NCBI GenBank assembly: GCA_016217965.1
Contig: JACRFI010000002.1
Location: forward strand, 1-60,294
From: Candidatus Kaiserbacteria bacterium
GTDB lineage: Bacteria; Patescibacteriota; Minisyncoccia; Phycocordibacterales; UBA2100
DNA: 60,294 bases
Reading direction: 5' to 3'
Part shown: positions 34,546-43,551 of the stretch, piece after piece
How the letters are laid out: every line of letters starts with the position of its first letter
How positions within the stretch are numbered: the first letter of the stretch is position 1
Position numbers and translations under genes: made by a program
The notes under the pieces: model-generated
The model's database searches: none
Told to the model about the DNA's origin: nothing
The model's input: the letters and a program-made list of their open reading frames with translations, nothing else

Positions 34546-34588
34546 AGTCCGACCCTTGCACAACAGCTCGTGCCAGGGATCGGTTGCC

Positions 34589-34753
34589 TCAGGACGGATC
34601 CGCGTCGTCTCGCTTTTCGTCGCGCCGACCTTTGAACTGCGTGTACATCGCGTAAGCGACTGCAGCTCCAATCAGCACAAGTACGAGCGTTAGACCGAGC
34701 CATCCAGGCAATAAAGTGTCGTCCGATGTTGGAAGTGTTTGCAAGAAGTGCAT
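34589..34753 (-). CDS. possible 54-aa single-TM micro-protein (not in the ORF track)
   Basis: Minus strand reads MHFLQTLPTSDDTLLPGWLGLTLVLVLIGAAVAYAMYTQFKGRRDEKRDDADPS*, preceded by the purine-rich GGGAGAGAAGAG. No homology support. Confidence 0.35.
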   Translation of the reverse strand: MHFLQTLPTSDDTLLPGWLGLTLVLVLIGAAVAYAMYTQFKGRRDEKRDDADPS

Positions 34754-34861
34754 CAGCGCTTCTCTTCTCTCCCGGTGTTTCCCTCAATCTGCCTTCGCCG
34801 GAAGTCGTGGCAGCGGGATCGGAACTCGCGCGATTATCCCACGAATTTCCGAATAATCAAG

Positions 34862-35503
34862 TTATTCTTTTGCGCCATCTGCAACGCGCCAGAGATACCA
34901 ACTTGCGACCGATGCGTGTTCGCGCCAATCTTTGGCAAGTTTTTCCATTTTCTTGTGGTCGGGGAGGGTGCGTAGTTTATAGAGGATCTGAAAACCCTTT
35001 CGAATACCCAAGTCTCCTGTGGGGAGAATATCGGGGCGATTCAGAGAAAAGATGAGAAACATATGCGCGGTCCATACGCCGATTCCTTTGACTGCGGTTA
35101 GTGCTGCGATTATCTCGTCGTTTGTGAGGCGATCATGAGTTTTATGCTTGATAGTTCCATCAGAGAATTTTTTGGCGAGATCCTTGAGGTATTTGATTTT
35201 TTGTGGTGAGAGCCCTGCCGAGCGCATCTTTGCCTCGGAGATTTTGAGTACTTGCTCAGGAAGAGGGAATTTTCTCGCAGCGGGTTTTTCCCAATCTATC
35301 GGACCGTCAAGGCGAATGCCAAAAAGCGCGACGAATTTCTTGTAGATAGATATTGCGGCACTTCCCGATATCTGTTGGTAGATTATCGCGCGCGAGAGCG
35401 CTTGGAATGCATTCTTGCCCCGCCGCAATTTCGGCGGGCCGTGCTGTTTGATAAGTTGCGCAAATTTTGCATGTTGTGAAAGTTGTCTTAGTGCTTCTTT
35501 CAT
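34862..35503 (-). CDS. HhH-GPD DNA glycosylase (AlkA-like 3-methyladenine glycosylase II)
   Basis: 213 aa. LTAVKGIGVWTAHMFLIFSLNRPDILPTGDLGIRKG is the helix-hairpin-helix plus catalytic Asp region. Confidence 0.8.
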   Translation of the reverse strand: MKEALRQLSQHAKFAQLIKQHGPPKLRRGKNAFQALSRAIIYQQISGSAAISIYKKFVALFGIRLDGPIDWEKPAARKFPLPEQVLKISEAKMRSAGLSPQKIKYLKDLAKKFSDGTIKHKTHDRLTNDEIIAALTAVKGIGVWTAHMFLIFSLNRPDILPTGDLGIRKGFQILYKLRTLPDHKKMEKLAKDWREHASVASWYLWRVADGAKE

Positions 35504-35628
35504 AGAGCATGTTCAAAAAGTTCTCAGATGCGAGGCGCGGGGATGGCGGCGCTTGAGACGTATAAGCATACGTTGAAAGTGACGCTGGGGCCCCGCAACG
35601 AAGCAGGTGGGACTTTTTGGACTTGCTC

Positions 35629-36078
35629 TTACCATGTTCCGGTGTTTTGCATGCTCTGCCATGGTTCATCGATAGGGAGCGTGGGACCTATCTGGAGAAG
35701 TTCAATAGAAATTCCATCTGGAGACTTGATGAATGCCATGCGTCCGTCACGCGGAGGGCGATTGATCGTGACTCCGAGTCTCTGGAGCCGTTCACAGTAT
35801 TCGTAGATATTTTCGACCGCGTATGCGAGATGCCCGAAATTTCTACCGCCGGCGTATTCCTCAGTATCCCAATTGTATGTTAGCTCGAGGAGTGGCGCTT
35901 TCTTTTTTTCCAGGTCGACAGTATCTCCGGGCGCCTTTAGGAACACGAGCGTAAAGCGCCCTTTCTCGTTTTCTTTTCGTTCGACCTCTTGGAGCCCAAG
36001 TTTATTGCAATAGAAATCCAAGGATTCTTCGAGATTTTTTATTCGGACCATCGTATGCAAGTAGTGCATAAGGGCCAT
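35629..36078 (-). CDS. gloA: lactoylglutathione lyase / VOC-family glyoxalase I
   Basis: 149 aa. [42 protein letters not shown] and [14 protein letters not shown]. Confidence 0.8.
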   Translation of the reverse strand: MALMHYLHTMVRIKNLEESLDFYCNKLGLQEVERKENEKGRFTLVFLKAPGDTVDLEKKKAPLLELTYNWDTEEYAGGRNFGHLAYAVENIYEYCERLQRLGVTINRPPRDGRMAFIKSPDGISIELLQIGPTLPIDEPWQSMQNTGTW

Positions 36079-36731
36079 TATACTCTCAAGCGTTGCCGTA
36101 TGATGCGCAGAGTTTCTTCACCGGATCTGTCGTGCATTTCATTCGCGGATATGTTTACGTGGGCAAGGGCACGATAACGTTTAAGACGCTCGGAAAGAAG
36201 CGTGGGGTACTGCCTGCGCAGAGCTGTTTCTTCGGACTCGCCTAGATTGATGCTAAAAAAATCACCCCACGCTACCGGTTTTGGTTCGCGAAAGAAGCGG
36301 TCGATCATTTGTTGTAAAGAATTTTCTCCCACATCGAGGTGGATGATAAGACAGTTATCGCCAAGAATTTCGAGCGTATCCTTATCTAACTGCGCGACAC
36401 TTCCCGTTGTATCGAACACCAGATTCTTGTCAGTTTGCATCGATGCCTCCTTGGTGAAATTGTTTTCAAGTTCGAGATACTTCTTTTCCCGATCTTCGTA
36501 CCCGGGGGAAGATGGGTATCCAATCCACGAAGATATCTCATCCATGTTCTTGAATCCCAGCGCCTTTTGTATTTCTTCATCCACGTGATACCACTGGAAT
36601 CCTAGTTCTTGTTGCAATACTTTTGAACGGAAGCTTTTGCCACAGTTGGACATCCCAATGAACGCGATTCTGCACGTGTTGTTGTCTATGTGTGCGTCGA
36701 ATTCCTCGGGTTTTAGCATGTCCATTTTCAT
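36078..36731 (-). CDS. P-loop NTPase, shikimate-kinase-like small kinase fold
   Basis: 217 aa. Walker A is [12 protein letters not shown]. The stop overlaps the gloA start. The specific function is unknown. Confidence 0.5.
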   Translation of the reverse strand: MKMDMLKPEEFDAHIDNNTCRIAFIGMSNCGKSFRSKVLQQELGFQWYHVDEEIQKALGFKNMDEISSWIGYPSSPGYEDREKKYLELENNFTKEASMQTDKNLVFDTTGSVAQLDKDTLEILGDNCLIIHLDVGENSLQQMIDRFFREPKPVAWGDFFSINLGESEETALRRQYPTLLSERLKRYRALAHVNISANEMHDRSGEETLRIIRQRLRV

Positions 36732-36883
36732 AAAAGGTTTTAAATTTTTTTTCGCTCTCCTCGGCTCGGAAACGAGAAAGAGTACTTTCTCATTTCGCTC
36801 GCTCTACGTCGGCGATAAACCTGGACAGCCTACCATAGAGCCTGCAGCAAAGCATTTGACCTACGGGCTATAGGCGTGGAGTA

Positions 36884-37876
36884 CTACGTGGAGAGGTGGC
36901 TGTATACCAATTCTGAAATCGTCTTTATCACAGACTTCGCGGCATCGAGCGTTTTTGCGCGAGTCATGACGCAAAGAAGATATGGATGGTCGGGTTTGTA
37001 GATTATCCCGCAATCGTGAAGTTCTTCTCCTACAGGCGCTCCATCCTTCTGAGCAACATGTTCACCATATTTATGCGAAACAACTATTCCCTCAGGTATT
37101 CCTGCTGCAAGTCCGTCTTTGTACGTTGTGCGCGAAAGGATCTCGAGTGCTCGTTCAGATGCGCTTGGAGTTAGGTATGTGCCGTTAAAAAGTGTCCTGA
37201 AAAAAAGCGCATATGTTTCCGTCGGAATTCGGTACGTCGCAGAATCATCTCCAGGATCAGTAATGCCAAGCCGCCGGTAGACACTTGCAAGTAGGTCGGG
37301 GTCTATTCTATTCACAAGCGTAAAGGTTGCCCCATTGTCCGAGTCTATGATCATTTTTTCAATGAGTTCTTGGATCGTGTAGCTGCGCCCCGATGTAAGT
37401 TGCGACGGTGCTTCATATTTGTCCCCGACTGATATAGGTACGTATACGATCTTGCGTTGGAGGAGTGAGGGGTCGGATTCCTCGGCTTTAAAGTATGCAA
37501 TCATGAGTGGCACTTTCAGGAGGCTGGCAGGATAGTAGGCAGTATCTTCGTTGACCCCGATCCAGCGAGAGGCTTCTGTGTCGCGATAGTATACCGAGAT
37601 GCTTTCCGCGGTGCCGTCCTGTAATTTTTCGTGTATCAGTGTCTCCACTTTTCGCTTCAGTTCTGCATATTCCGGCAGGACTGTTGCTTGCGGCGTCTCG
37701 TATGCGACGAGGGCATGTACGAAACGAAAGCTCTCGTCGTTGGCGCGGAGAGGGTAAGATGAATTCAAGAAATTGCGTTCACGCCAATTGAGATTCAGGA
37801 ACGCAGCGCCATATCCAAGCACTACTCCTATGGCAAGAATGAGGATCACGTGCCAGTACTTTCTCACGTACTTCAT
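36884..37876 (-). CDS. class A beta-lactamase-like serine hydrolase, membrane anchored
   Basis: 330 aa. N-terminal TM helix, SLLK (SxxK), SDN in IDSDNGAT, and a KTG-like HKYG. Confidence 0.6.
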   Translation of the reverse strand: MKYVRKYWHVILILAIGVVLGYGAAFLNLNWRERNFLNSSYPLRANDESFRFVHALVAYETPQATVLPEYAELKRKVETLIHEKLQDGTAESISVYYRDTEASRWIGVNEDTAYYPASLLKVPLMIAYFKAEESDPSLLQRKIVYVPISVGDKYEAPSQLTSGRSYTIQELIEKMIIDSDNGATFTLVNRIDPDLLASVYRRLGITDPGDDSATYRIPTETYALFFRTLFNGTYLTPSASERALEILSRTTYKDGLAAGIPEGIVVSHKYGEHVAQKDGAPVGEELHDCGIIYKPDHPYLLCVMTRAKTLDAAKSVIKTISELVYSHLST

Positions 37877-37897
37877 GAGCGTATCCTAGCAGACTGT

Positions 37898-37969
37898 TGA
37901 CCCTACCGGGAATCGAACCCGGGTTAACACATTGAAAACGTGCTGTCCTAACCACTAGACGATAGGGCC
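37898..37969 (-). tRNA. tRNA-Glu (TTC)
   Basis: The reverse complement is GGCCCTA TC GTCT AGTGGTTA GGAC A GCACG TTTTCAA TGTGT TAAC CCGGG TTCGATT CCCGG TAGGGTC A. Confidence 0.88.
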
Positions 37970-38087
37970 CCTGCTTCGCCAAGGCTACGCAGGGCAAGCC
38001 TTGTACTCGAAGACAGAGGCATAGTAGCGCAAAAGTGGGCAGAAAAAAAGTGTTCAAATTTCAGTCGTTCTGCTACACTCGCGGGTT

Positions 38088-38172
38088 GGAGAGGTGCGTG
38101 AGTGGTTGAAACGAGCGGTTTCGAAAACCGCCATGTCGCAAGGCATCGGGAGTTCGAATCTCCCCCTCTCCG
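38088..38172 (+). tRNA. tRNA-Ser (CGA)
   Basis: Acceptor GGAGAGG/CCTCTCC, anticodon arm GCGGT-TTCGAAA-ACCGC, long variable arm, T-arm GGGAG-TTCGAAT-CTCCC. Confidence 0.9.
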
Positions 38173-38194
38173 AAATGGGTGATAGACTGCCGGC

Positions 38195-38461
38195 ATGATC
38201 GAACTTGCGGATATTTTTGGGTATGCAGGCACTGTGACCGCGGTTGGATTCATGATTCCGCAAGTCTTCAGGACATATAAGACGAAAAGTGTTGAGGATA
38301 TTTCGTGGGGAATGCTCTCAGTTTTTCTCCTGAACTGTTTTTTCTGGACCACATACGGAATACTAGAGAACTCGATGCCGGTAATATTGGCGAATTCCAT
38401 CGCCGGCGCCGTTGTATTGATTCAAATCACTCTTAAGATTCTGTATCGCAATAATCCCTAA
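38195..38461 (+). CDS. SemiSWEET / PQ-loop transporter
   Basis: 88 aa, 3 TM. The PQ motif lies in FMIPQVFRTYKTKS. Confidence 0.72.
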   Translation: MIELADIFGYAGTVTAVGFMIPQVFRTYKTKSVEDISWGMLSVFLLNCFFWTTYGILENSMPVILANSIAGAVVLIQITLKILYRNNP

Positions 38462-38480
38462 GTTTGCTAGATTGCGTCCC

Positions 38481-39755
38481 ATGGAAAGTCACGCCCGCTA
38501 CCATGAGGCGATACGGTATCTCGAATCATTCGCTCGCGAGAAGGGTGCGCCGGATTACATGCGGGACCAGAAGAATCCCGCCGTGTATCTGAAGAGGATG
38601 AAGCGTTTGTTAAGGCTAGTTGGAAACCCTGAGAAGCATTTTAAGTTTGTGCACGTGACCGGCACATCTGGAAAAGGCACTGTTGTCTCGATGGTGCATG
38701 AATCGCTTCGTGCCGCAGGAAAGCGTGTCGGCAGCTTTACATCTCCGTACGTGGTTGCTGCGATCGAGAAAATCCAGGTGGATGATTTGTATATTTCTCC
38801 GAATGACTTTGCAGATATTGTAGAAGAATTGAAACCCACCATCGAGAAAGAACATCTGGAAGGAGCGTTCGGTAGCCCTACGTATTTCGAAGTCTTTTTT
38901 GCAGTTGCGCTCATCTATTTCAAACGCCGAAAATGCGAGTGGGTGCTTCTCGAGGTCGGCGCAGGGGGACGGTATGATGCGACGAACATTATCGAGAAGC
39001 CAGCTGTTACTGCAGTCACAAGTATCGATTATGACCACGTGCAAATCCTGGGTAAAACGCTCCTTTCCATTGCGGACAACAAAGCGGGAATTATAAAAAA
39101 AGGTTCAGCATTTTTTACTACCGAAAAAAGAAAAGCGCTTCTGTCGCTCTTTCGGCGCACTTGCCAAGGAAAGGATGCGGCATTCACCGCACTTCCTGCG
39201 GTAAATGATTATCAGGAAAATAATAAAACGTTGGCGAGAGCGATATGTCGAAGTATCGGCATTCCCGACACAGACATTGAAAAAGGGATACGCACAGCAA
39301 AGCTTCCGTGCAGGTTCGAAGTGATGGAGGCTCAGCCCCGAGTTGTTCTTGATGGCGCACACAATCGGGCAAAAATGCGGAGCACTGCGTCAAACGTGCG
39401 AGCGATCCAGTTTGGCAAGCTGCACCTCATTGTCAGTGTAAAAGACGACAAAGACCTTAGCCCAGTACTCGGCGAGATAGTTCCGCTTACAGACAATATC
39501 TATGTGACAGAGTTTTTCTCGCCAACTCTAAAGAGCGCGCGTCTTGAGGACATTGCGCGGGTTGCAACATCACTGGCAAAGAAAGGTACAGCAATACGTA
39601 TCGTGCCGAACGCTGCCGATGCATATGCAGCAGCGAGGGGTATTGCAAAGCACGACGATGTCATTCTTGTGACAGGCTCGTTCTATCTCGCGGGTGAGTT
39701 GCGTAAAGGTTGGTATTCGGAAGACTGGGTGCTCGAACACAGAAAAAGCTTCTAG
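38481..39755 (+). CDS. folC: folylpolyglutamate synthase / dihydrofolate synthase (Mur-ligase family)
   Basis: VHVTGTSGKGTV P-loop, EVGAGGRYDATN and DGAHN. The start was moved to the ATG at 38481. Confidence 0.88.
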   Translation: MESHARYHEAIRYLESFAREKGAPDYMRDQKNPAVYLKRMKRLLRLVGNPEKHFKFVHVTGTSGKGTVVSMVHESLRAAGKRVGSFTSPYVVAAIEKIQVDDLYISPNDFADIVEELKPTIEKEHLEGAFGSPTYFEVFFAVALIYFKRRKCEWVLLEVGAGGRYDATNIIEKPAVTAVTSIDYDHVQILGKTLLSIADNKAGIIKKGSAFFTTEKRKALLSLFRRTCQGKDAAFTALPAVNDYQENNKTLARAICRSIGIPDTDIEKGIRTAKLPCRFEVMEAQPRVVLDGAHNRAKMRSTASNVRAIQFGKLHLIVSVKDDKDLSPVLGEIVPLTDNIYVTEFFSPTLKSARLEDIARVATSLAKKGTAIRIVPNAADAYAAARGIAKHDDVILVTGSFYLAGELRKGWYSEDWVLEHRKSF

Positions 39756-39780
39756 GTGCTAGCTTTCAGCTTCTAGCTTA
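39753..39780. repeat. period-7 TAG array (reverse-orientation CTAGAAG family)
   Basis: taggtgc tagcttt cagcttc tagctta. The first TAG is the folC stop. The reverse complement matches CTAGAAGCTGAAAGCTAGCACCTAGAAG at 51206. Confidence 0.75.
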
Positions 39781-39791
39781 AAATACTAGAC

Positions 39792-40391
39792 ATGTCGTTC
39801 GACTATCATGTGATACTCGGCACTATCGCCGCCGGCGGTAGCCTGATTGGATACGCACTCTACTTTCGCAGCATCATACAAGGCATCACAAAGCCTCATC
39901 CGTTCACATGGTTCATATTTTTCATCATCGATGGCACGGTGTTTGTGGCGCAACTAGTGAGCGGAGCGGGCCCTGGTGCGTGGGTGATAGGTGTGAGTTC
40001 TTTTATGAACAGTATCGTGTTTCTCTTTGCATTGGTGCGAGGTGAAAAACGCATTGTCAGGGTAGATTGGGTATGTCTCATTTGCGCGTTCCTCGGCATC
40101 GTTCTTTGGTGGATTACGAGCGAACCGTTCCTGGGGGTACTATTTGCAACAGCAGCCGATGCAATTGCGAAAATTCCTACGTTCCGAAAATCATATCTAC
40201 GGCCAAACGAAGAATCGGTGAGTTTGTGGTCGCTTGATATCATCAAGTTTTCTCTAGGTCTTGTGGCCCTTTCATCTTTTACCGTTACAACGGCTATTTT
40301 TCCCGCAGAAGCAGCGATAACAAACGTTTTGCTCGTTGGATTTGTCTTGCTTCGCAGGAGGCAACTTGCGCATAAACTTTCGAATTTATAG
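39792..40391 (+). CDS. hypothetical polytopic membrane protein
   Basis: 199 aa, about 6-7 TM. No family recognised. Confidence 0.5.
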   Translation: MSFDYHVILGTIAAGGSLIGYALYFRSIIQGITKPHPFTWFIFFIIDGTVFVAQLVSGAGPGAWVIGVSSFMNSIVFLFALVRGEKRIVRVDWVCLICAFLGIVLWWITSEPFLGVLFATAADAIAKIPTFRKSYLRPNEESVSLWSLDIIKFSLGLVALSSFTVTTAIFPAEAAITNVLLVGFVLLRRRQLAHKLSNL

Positions 40392-40417
40392 TTCCCCTGT
40401 TACGATAGGCGCATCCT

Positions 40418-41242
40418 ATGGATCGGGACTTCATGAGGCTCTTGGACTCAAGATGGGAGCAAGGCCTTTTTTTATGTGTTGGGCTCGATCCTGGATACGA
40501 AAAAATACCACAATCGGTGCGCTCTTCCAGTGTAGAGGAGACATTCCTCACATTCAATAAGGCGATCATAGATGCGACCAAGGATATTGTGTGTGCGTTC
40601 AAGCCGAATCCTGCGTTTTACGAAGCGCAAGGCATAGAGGGTTGGAAGGCACTCCAATCGACCGTCGATTACATACACGCTGTCGCGCCGGACGTACCGG
40701 TCATTTTGGATGCGAAGCGAGGAGACATAGGAAATACAAACGTCGATTATGCGAAAATGGCATTTGATAATTTCGGCGCAGATGCGATAACAGTACAGCC
40801 ATATGCAGGAGGCGAGGCGCTTGAGCCATTCTTGGATAGGAGTGATAAAGGCGTGTTCGTGTTGGTTCGAACATCAAACGGCGGAGCCCGGGAATTCCAG
40901 GATCTTGAGATAGGAGGGAAGAAGCTGTATGAAATTGTTTCCGGCGCTACAGTCGGATGGAACAAGAATGGAAATGTTGGTGTGGTCGTAGGAACGACAT
41001 ATCCGAAAGAGATCGGAGAAGTCCGCGCAATTGTTGGTGATATGCCAATTTTAATGCCCGGAGTTGGAGCGCAGGGAGGCGACCTCGAGGAGTCTGTGCG
41101 CCTCGGGAAGAACAGCAAAGGCAAGGGATTCATAATAAATGTCTCGCGAGCCGTGATTTTTGCCTCTCAGAAAGATGATTTTGCAGAAGCAGCGCGAGCG
41201 AAATCGCAGGAACTTCATAGCGCAATACAAAAAGCACTGTAG
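40418..41242 (+). CDS. pyrF: orotidine-5'-phosphate decarboxylase (type 2)
   Basis: 274 aa. LCVGLDP, ILDAKRGDIGNT and PGVGAQGG. Confidence 0.9.
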   Translation: MDRDFMRLLDSRWEQGLFLCVGLDPGYEKIPQSVRSSSVEETFLTFNKAIIDATKDIVCAFKPNPAFYEAQGIEGWKALQSTVDYIHAVAPDVPVILDAKRGDIGNTNVDYAKMAFDNFGADAITVQPYAGGEALEPFLDRSDKGVFVLVRTSNGGAREFQDLEIGGKKLYEIVSGATVGWNKNGNVGVVVGTTYPKEIGEVRAIVGDMPILMPGVGAQGGDLEESVRLGKNSKGKGFIINVSRAVIFASQKDDFAEAARAKSQELHSAIQKAL

Positions 41243-41243
41243 T

Positions 41244-41888
41244 ATGGGGAGCACTATGACAGAGCCTGACGTACTTGATCTATTGGAGAGGGTGGGAGCA
41301 TTTCGAAAAGGGCATTTTGTTTTGACGCACGGCAGGCACACTGATACGTATATCAACAAAGACGCCATTTATCCGTACACGCGAGAGACTTCGACACTGT
41401 GCCGGGCGATGGCGGAACAATTCAAGGATTCAAAAGTGGAAGCGGTCATCGGGCCTGCGGTTGGAGCAGCCATACTCTCCCAGTGGGCAGCCTATCATCT
41501 TACCGAAATGAACGGCCGGGACGTGCTTGGCGTTTATGCTGATAAAGACGGGCTCGGCGGATTCATATTGAAGCGCGGATATGACAAGCTCATTGCGGGA
41601 AAACGCGTCGTTGTCGTTGAAGACCTGATGACAACGGGCGGTTCGGTGAAGAAAGTCATTGATATTGTTCGCGCGTGCGGTGCAGAGGTCGCAGGCGTCG
41701 GTGTTGTATGCAATCGTGGCGGCGTCGAGCCCAAGGATATTTCGAATCCGCCGAAATTGGTTTCTCTGGTGAATGTGCAACTTGATTCATGGGAAGCTGC
41801 TGACTGTTCGCTTTGTGAGAGAAAGATACCGGTGAACCTCGATGTCGGCCACGGAAGGGAATTCGTCGCCAAAAATGCCAACCACTAA
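41244..41888 (+). CDS. pyrE: orotate phosphoribosyltransferase
   Basis: The start was moved to MGSTMTEPD. GHFVLTHGRHTDTYINKD and the PRPP loop VVVVEDLMTTGGS. Confidence 0.88.
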   Translation: MGSTMTEPDVLDLLERVGAFRKGHFVLTHGRHTDTYINKDAIYPYTRETSTLCRAMAEQFKDSKVEAVIGPAVGAAILSQWAAYHLTEMNGRDVLGVYADKDGLGGFILKRGYDKLIAGKRVVVVEDLMTTGGSVKKVIDIVRACGAEVAGVGVVCNRGGVEPKDISNPPKLVSLVNVQLDSWEAADCSLCERKIPVNLDVGHGREFVAKNANH

Positions 41889-42918
41889 CAAAACACTGCA
41901 GATCATGCTCGTATTCTCAGCGGCAGTTCTCTTGTTGCCGTTTTTTTTGTACGCGCACGAAGTGTATGTTTTAACTCCTGAAGAAATACTGCATGGGCTA
42001 GTAACGCCTCCCGCCTCGCCGACTCACGTGATGATGGAAAATTTCTCGCAGTTCATGTTCTGGGCGATAGTGACAGGCATTGCGCTCCCGACGCTTTTTT
42101 TGATGTCGCTTTCGCGCAGAATCGAGCGAGTCTTCACTCCCTTCTTCGCGAGAACAAGAAAATATGCGCTGCATCTTGTCCGTATCGGCGTTGGAGCGAG
42201 CCTGCTTACCTTCGCATATGCCGGTGCGGTATTCGGGCCGGAGCTCCCCCTCCAGGGTGTTTTTGGGGCGTACTCTTCTTTGGTTATGGCTATGCTTGCT
42301 GCGGCGGGCGCTGCCATTCTCTTCAACACATACAGCCGCCTGGGCGGAGCACTTCTCTTGGCGGTGTACATAGGGGCACTATTCGGGCGCGGGGCATATG
42401 TGTTCACATACATCGAGTACGCGGCTGCTGGAATATTCTTTCTAGTAGGCGATGCAAGCGCCGCGGGCGGCGGAGCCACGTGGCAGCGCATCCAGAAAAA
42501 ATTAGAGAAATTTCGGCCATACCGATTTCTGATACTACGCGTCGGGTTCGGTCTTTCTGTGATGTTTGCATCCATATATGCAAAGGTTATTTACGGGACG
42601 CTTGCGCTAACGGTCGTCGAGAAGTACGACCTTACAAGCTACTGGCTGTTCTCTTCGTTTAGCCCTGAATTTTTGGTACTTGGCGCTGCAATCGTCGAAT
42701 TCCTATGCGGGCTCTTGATAGCTCTTGGTATTGAGGTTCGCCACACTGCCGTCTTCCTCGCGTTCTGGCTCACTCTCTCACTCGCGTATTTCCAAGAAAT
42801 GGTCTGGCCGCATATCATTCTCTTTGGGCTCGGCGGGGCATTCTTTTTGTACGGGTATGACTGGTACTCTATTGAGGGGCGGTTCTTCAAGTATGGGAAT
42901 CGGGAAGCTGTGCTATAG
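41875..42918 (+). CDS. hypothetical polytopic membrane protein
   Basis: About 347 aa, about 8 TM. Overlaps the pyrE end by 14 nt. No family recognised. Confidence 0.5.
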   Translation: MPTTNKTLQIMLVFSAAVLLLPFFLYAHEVYVLTPEEILHGLVTPPASPTHVMMENFSQFMFWAIVTGIALPTLFLMSLSRRIERVFTPFFARTRKYALHLVRIGVGASLLTFAYAGAVFGPELPLQGVFGAYSSLVMAMLAAAGAAILFNTYSRLGGALLLAVYIGALFGRGAYVFTYIEYAAAGIFFLVGDASAAGGGATWQRIQKKLEKFRPYRFLILRVGFGLSVMFASIYAKVIYGTLALTVVEKYDLTSYWLFSSFSPEFLVLGAAIVEFLCGLLIALGIEVRHTAVFLAFWLTLSLAYFQEMVWPHIILFGLGGAFFLYGYDWYSIEGRFFKYGNREAVL

Positions 42919-42974
42919 ATGCGTTTTTTTCGATCGCGTGGTAGGGTGGAAGCGTTACAAGAAGAGAAAAAGGT

Positions 42975-43421
42975 ATGAACAAAAAAATCATTTTTGCGCT
43001 TGTTGCTCTCGTTGCCGTTGCAGCAGTACTTTACATCGTGTGGCCGCAACTTGCTTCCGCACCAGCAGACACGCAGCAAAAAAATACAGATAGCGTTATT
43101 CCAGACACCTATGATGCGCTTATTTCATACACAGAAGAAGGGTACAGCCCATCTAGCGTGACGATAAAGAAAGGGCAGTCGGTGCGATGGACCAATGACG
43201 CGGCGAGTGACGTAGAAACGTGGCCTGCTTCCGCTGTACACCCGACGCACTCCATCTATCCGGAAACGACGGGCAATGACTGTCTTGGCAGCGCATTCGA
43301 CGCGTGCCGTGGCTTGAAGAAGGGAGGCGTGTGGCAATTTACATTCAACGAGGTTGGTGAGTGGCGTTTCCACGACCATCTCCACCCTTCGAAGACGGGC
43401 GTTGTCATCGTGACGGAGTGA
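42975..43421 (+). CDS. membrane-anchored cupredoxin-like domain protein
   Basis: 148 aa. Signal anchor, then VTIKKGQSVRWTNDA...H...WQFTFNEVGEWRFHDHLHPSKTGVVIV, which is a plastocyanin/cupredoxin-like beta sandwich with His ligand candidates. Confidence 0.6.
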   Translation: MNKKIIFALVALVAVAAVLYIVWPQLASAPADTQQKNTDSVIPDTYDALISYTEEGYSPSSVTIKKGQSVRWTNDAASDVETWPASAVHPTHSIYPETTGNDCLGSAFDACRGLKKGGVWQFTFNEVGEWRFHDHLHPSKTGVVIVTE

Positions 43422-43542
43422 CGCGAAACTCTTTCTCGGCAGGTGTTTCGTCAACCACGAAAAATTTCTGCTGAAATTTTTCTCCGTCCGTCGCCACTCC
43501 TCCCGAGGGTTTCCGAAACACCTGCCTTCGACGAATTTCGCG
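43422..43542. repeat. branched-hairpin intergenic repeat, copy B1
   Basis: GCGAAACTCTTTCTC...GACGAATTTCGC outer stem. GGCAGGTGTTTCG/CGAAACACCTGCC stem. Inner hairpin GAAAAATTTC-TGCT-GAAATTTTTC. Fills the gap between the convergent cupredoxin and trxB genes. Confidence 0.75.
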
Positions 43543-43551
43543 GTAGGAGAA

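Noticed and set aside
36745-36800. Possible sixth, degenerate copy of the branched-hairpin repeat (shares ACTCTTTCTCG on the minus strand)
   Set aside because: Only an 11-mer and a short hairpin (GAGAAAGTACTCTTTCTC) are shared, and neither the outer stem nor the TGCT hairpin is present. It is more simply the terminator of the beta-lactamase-like gene.
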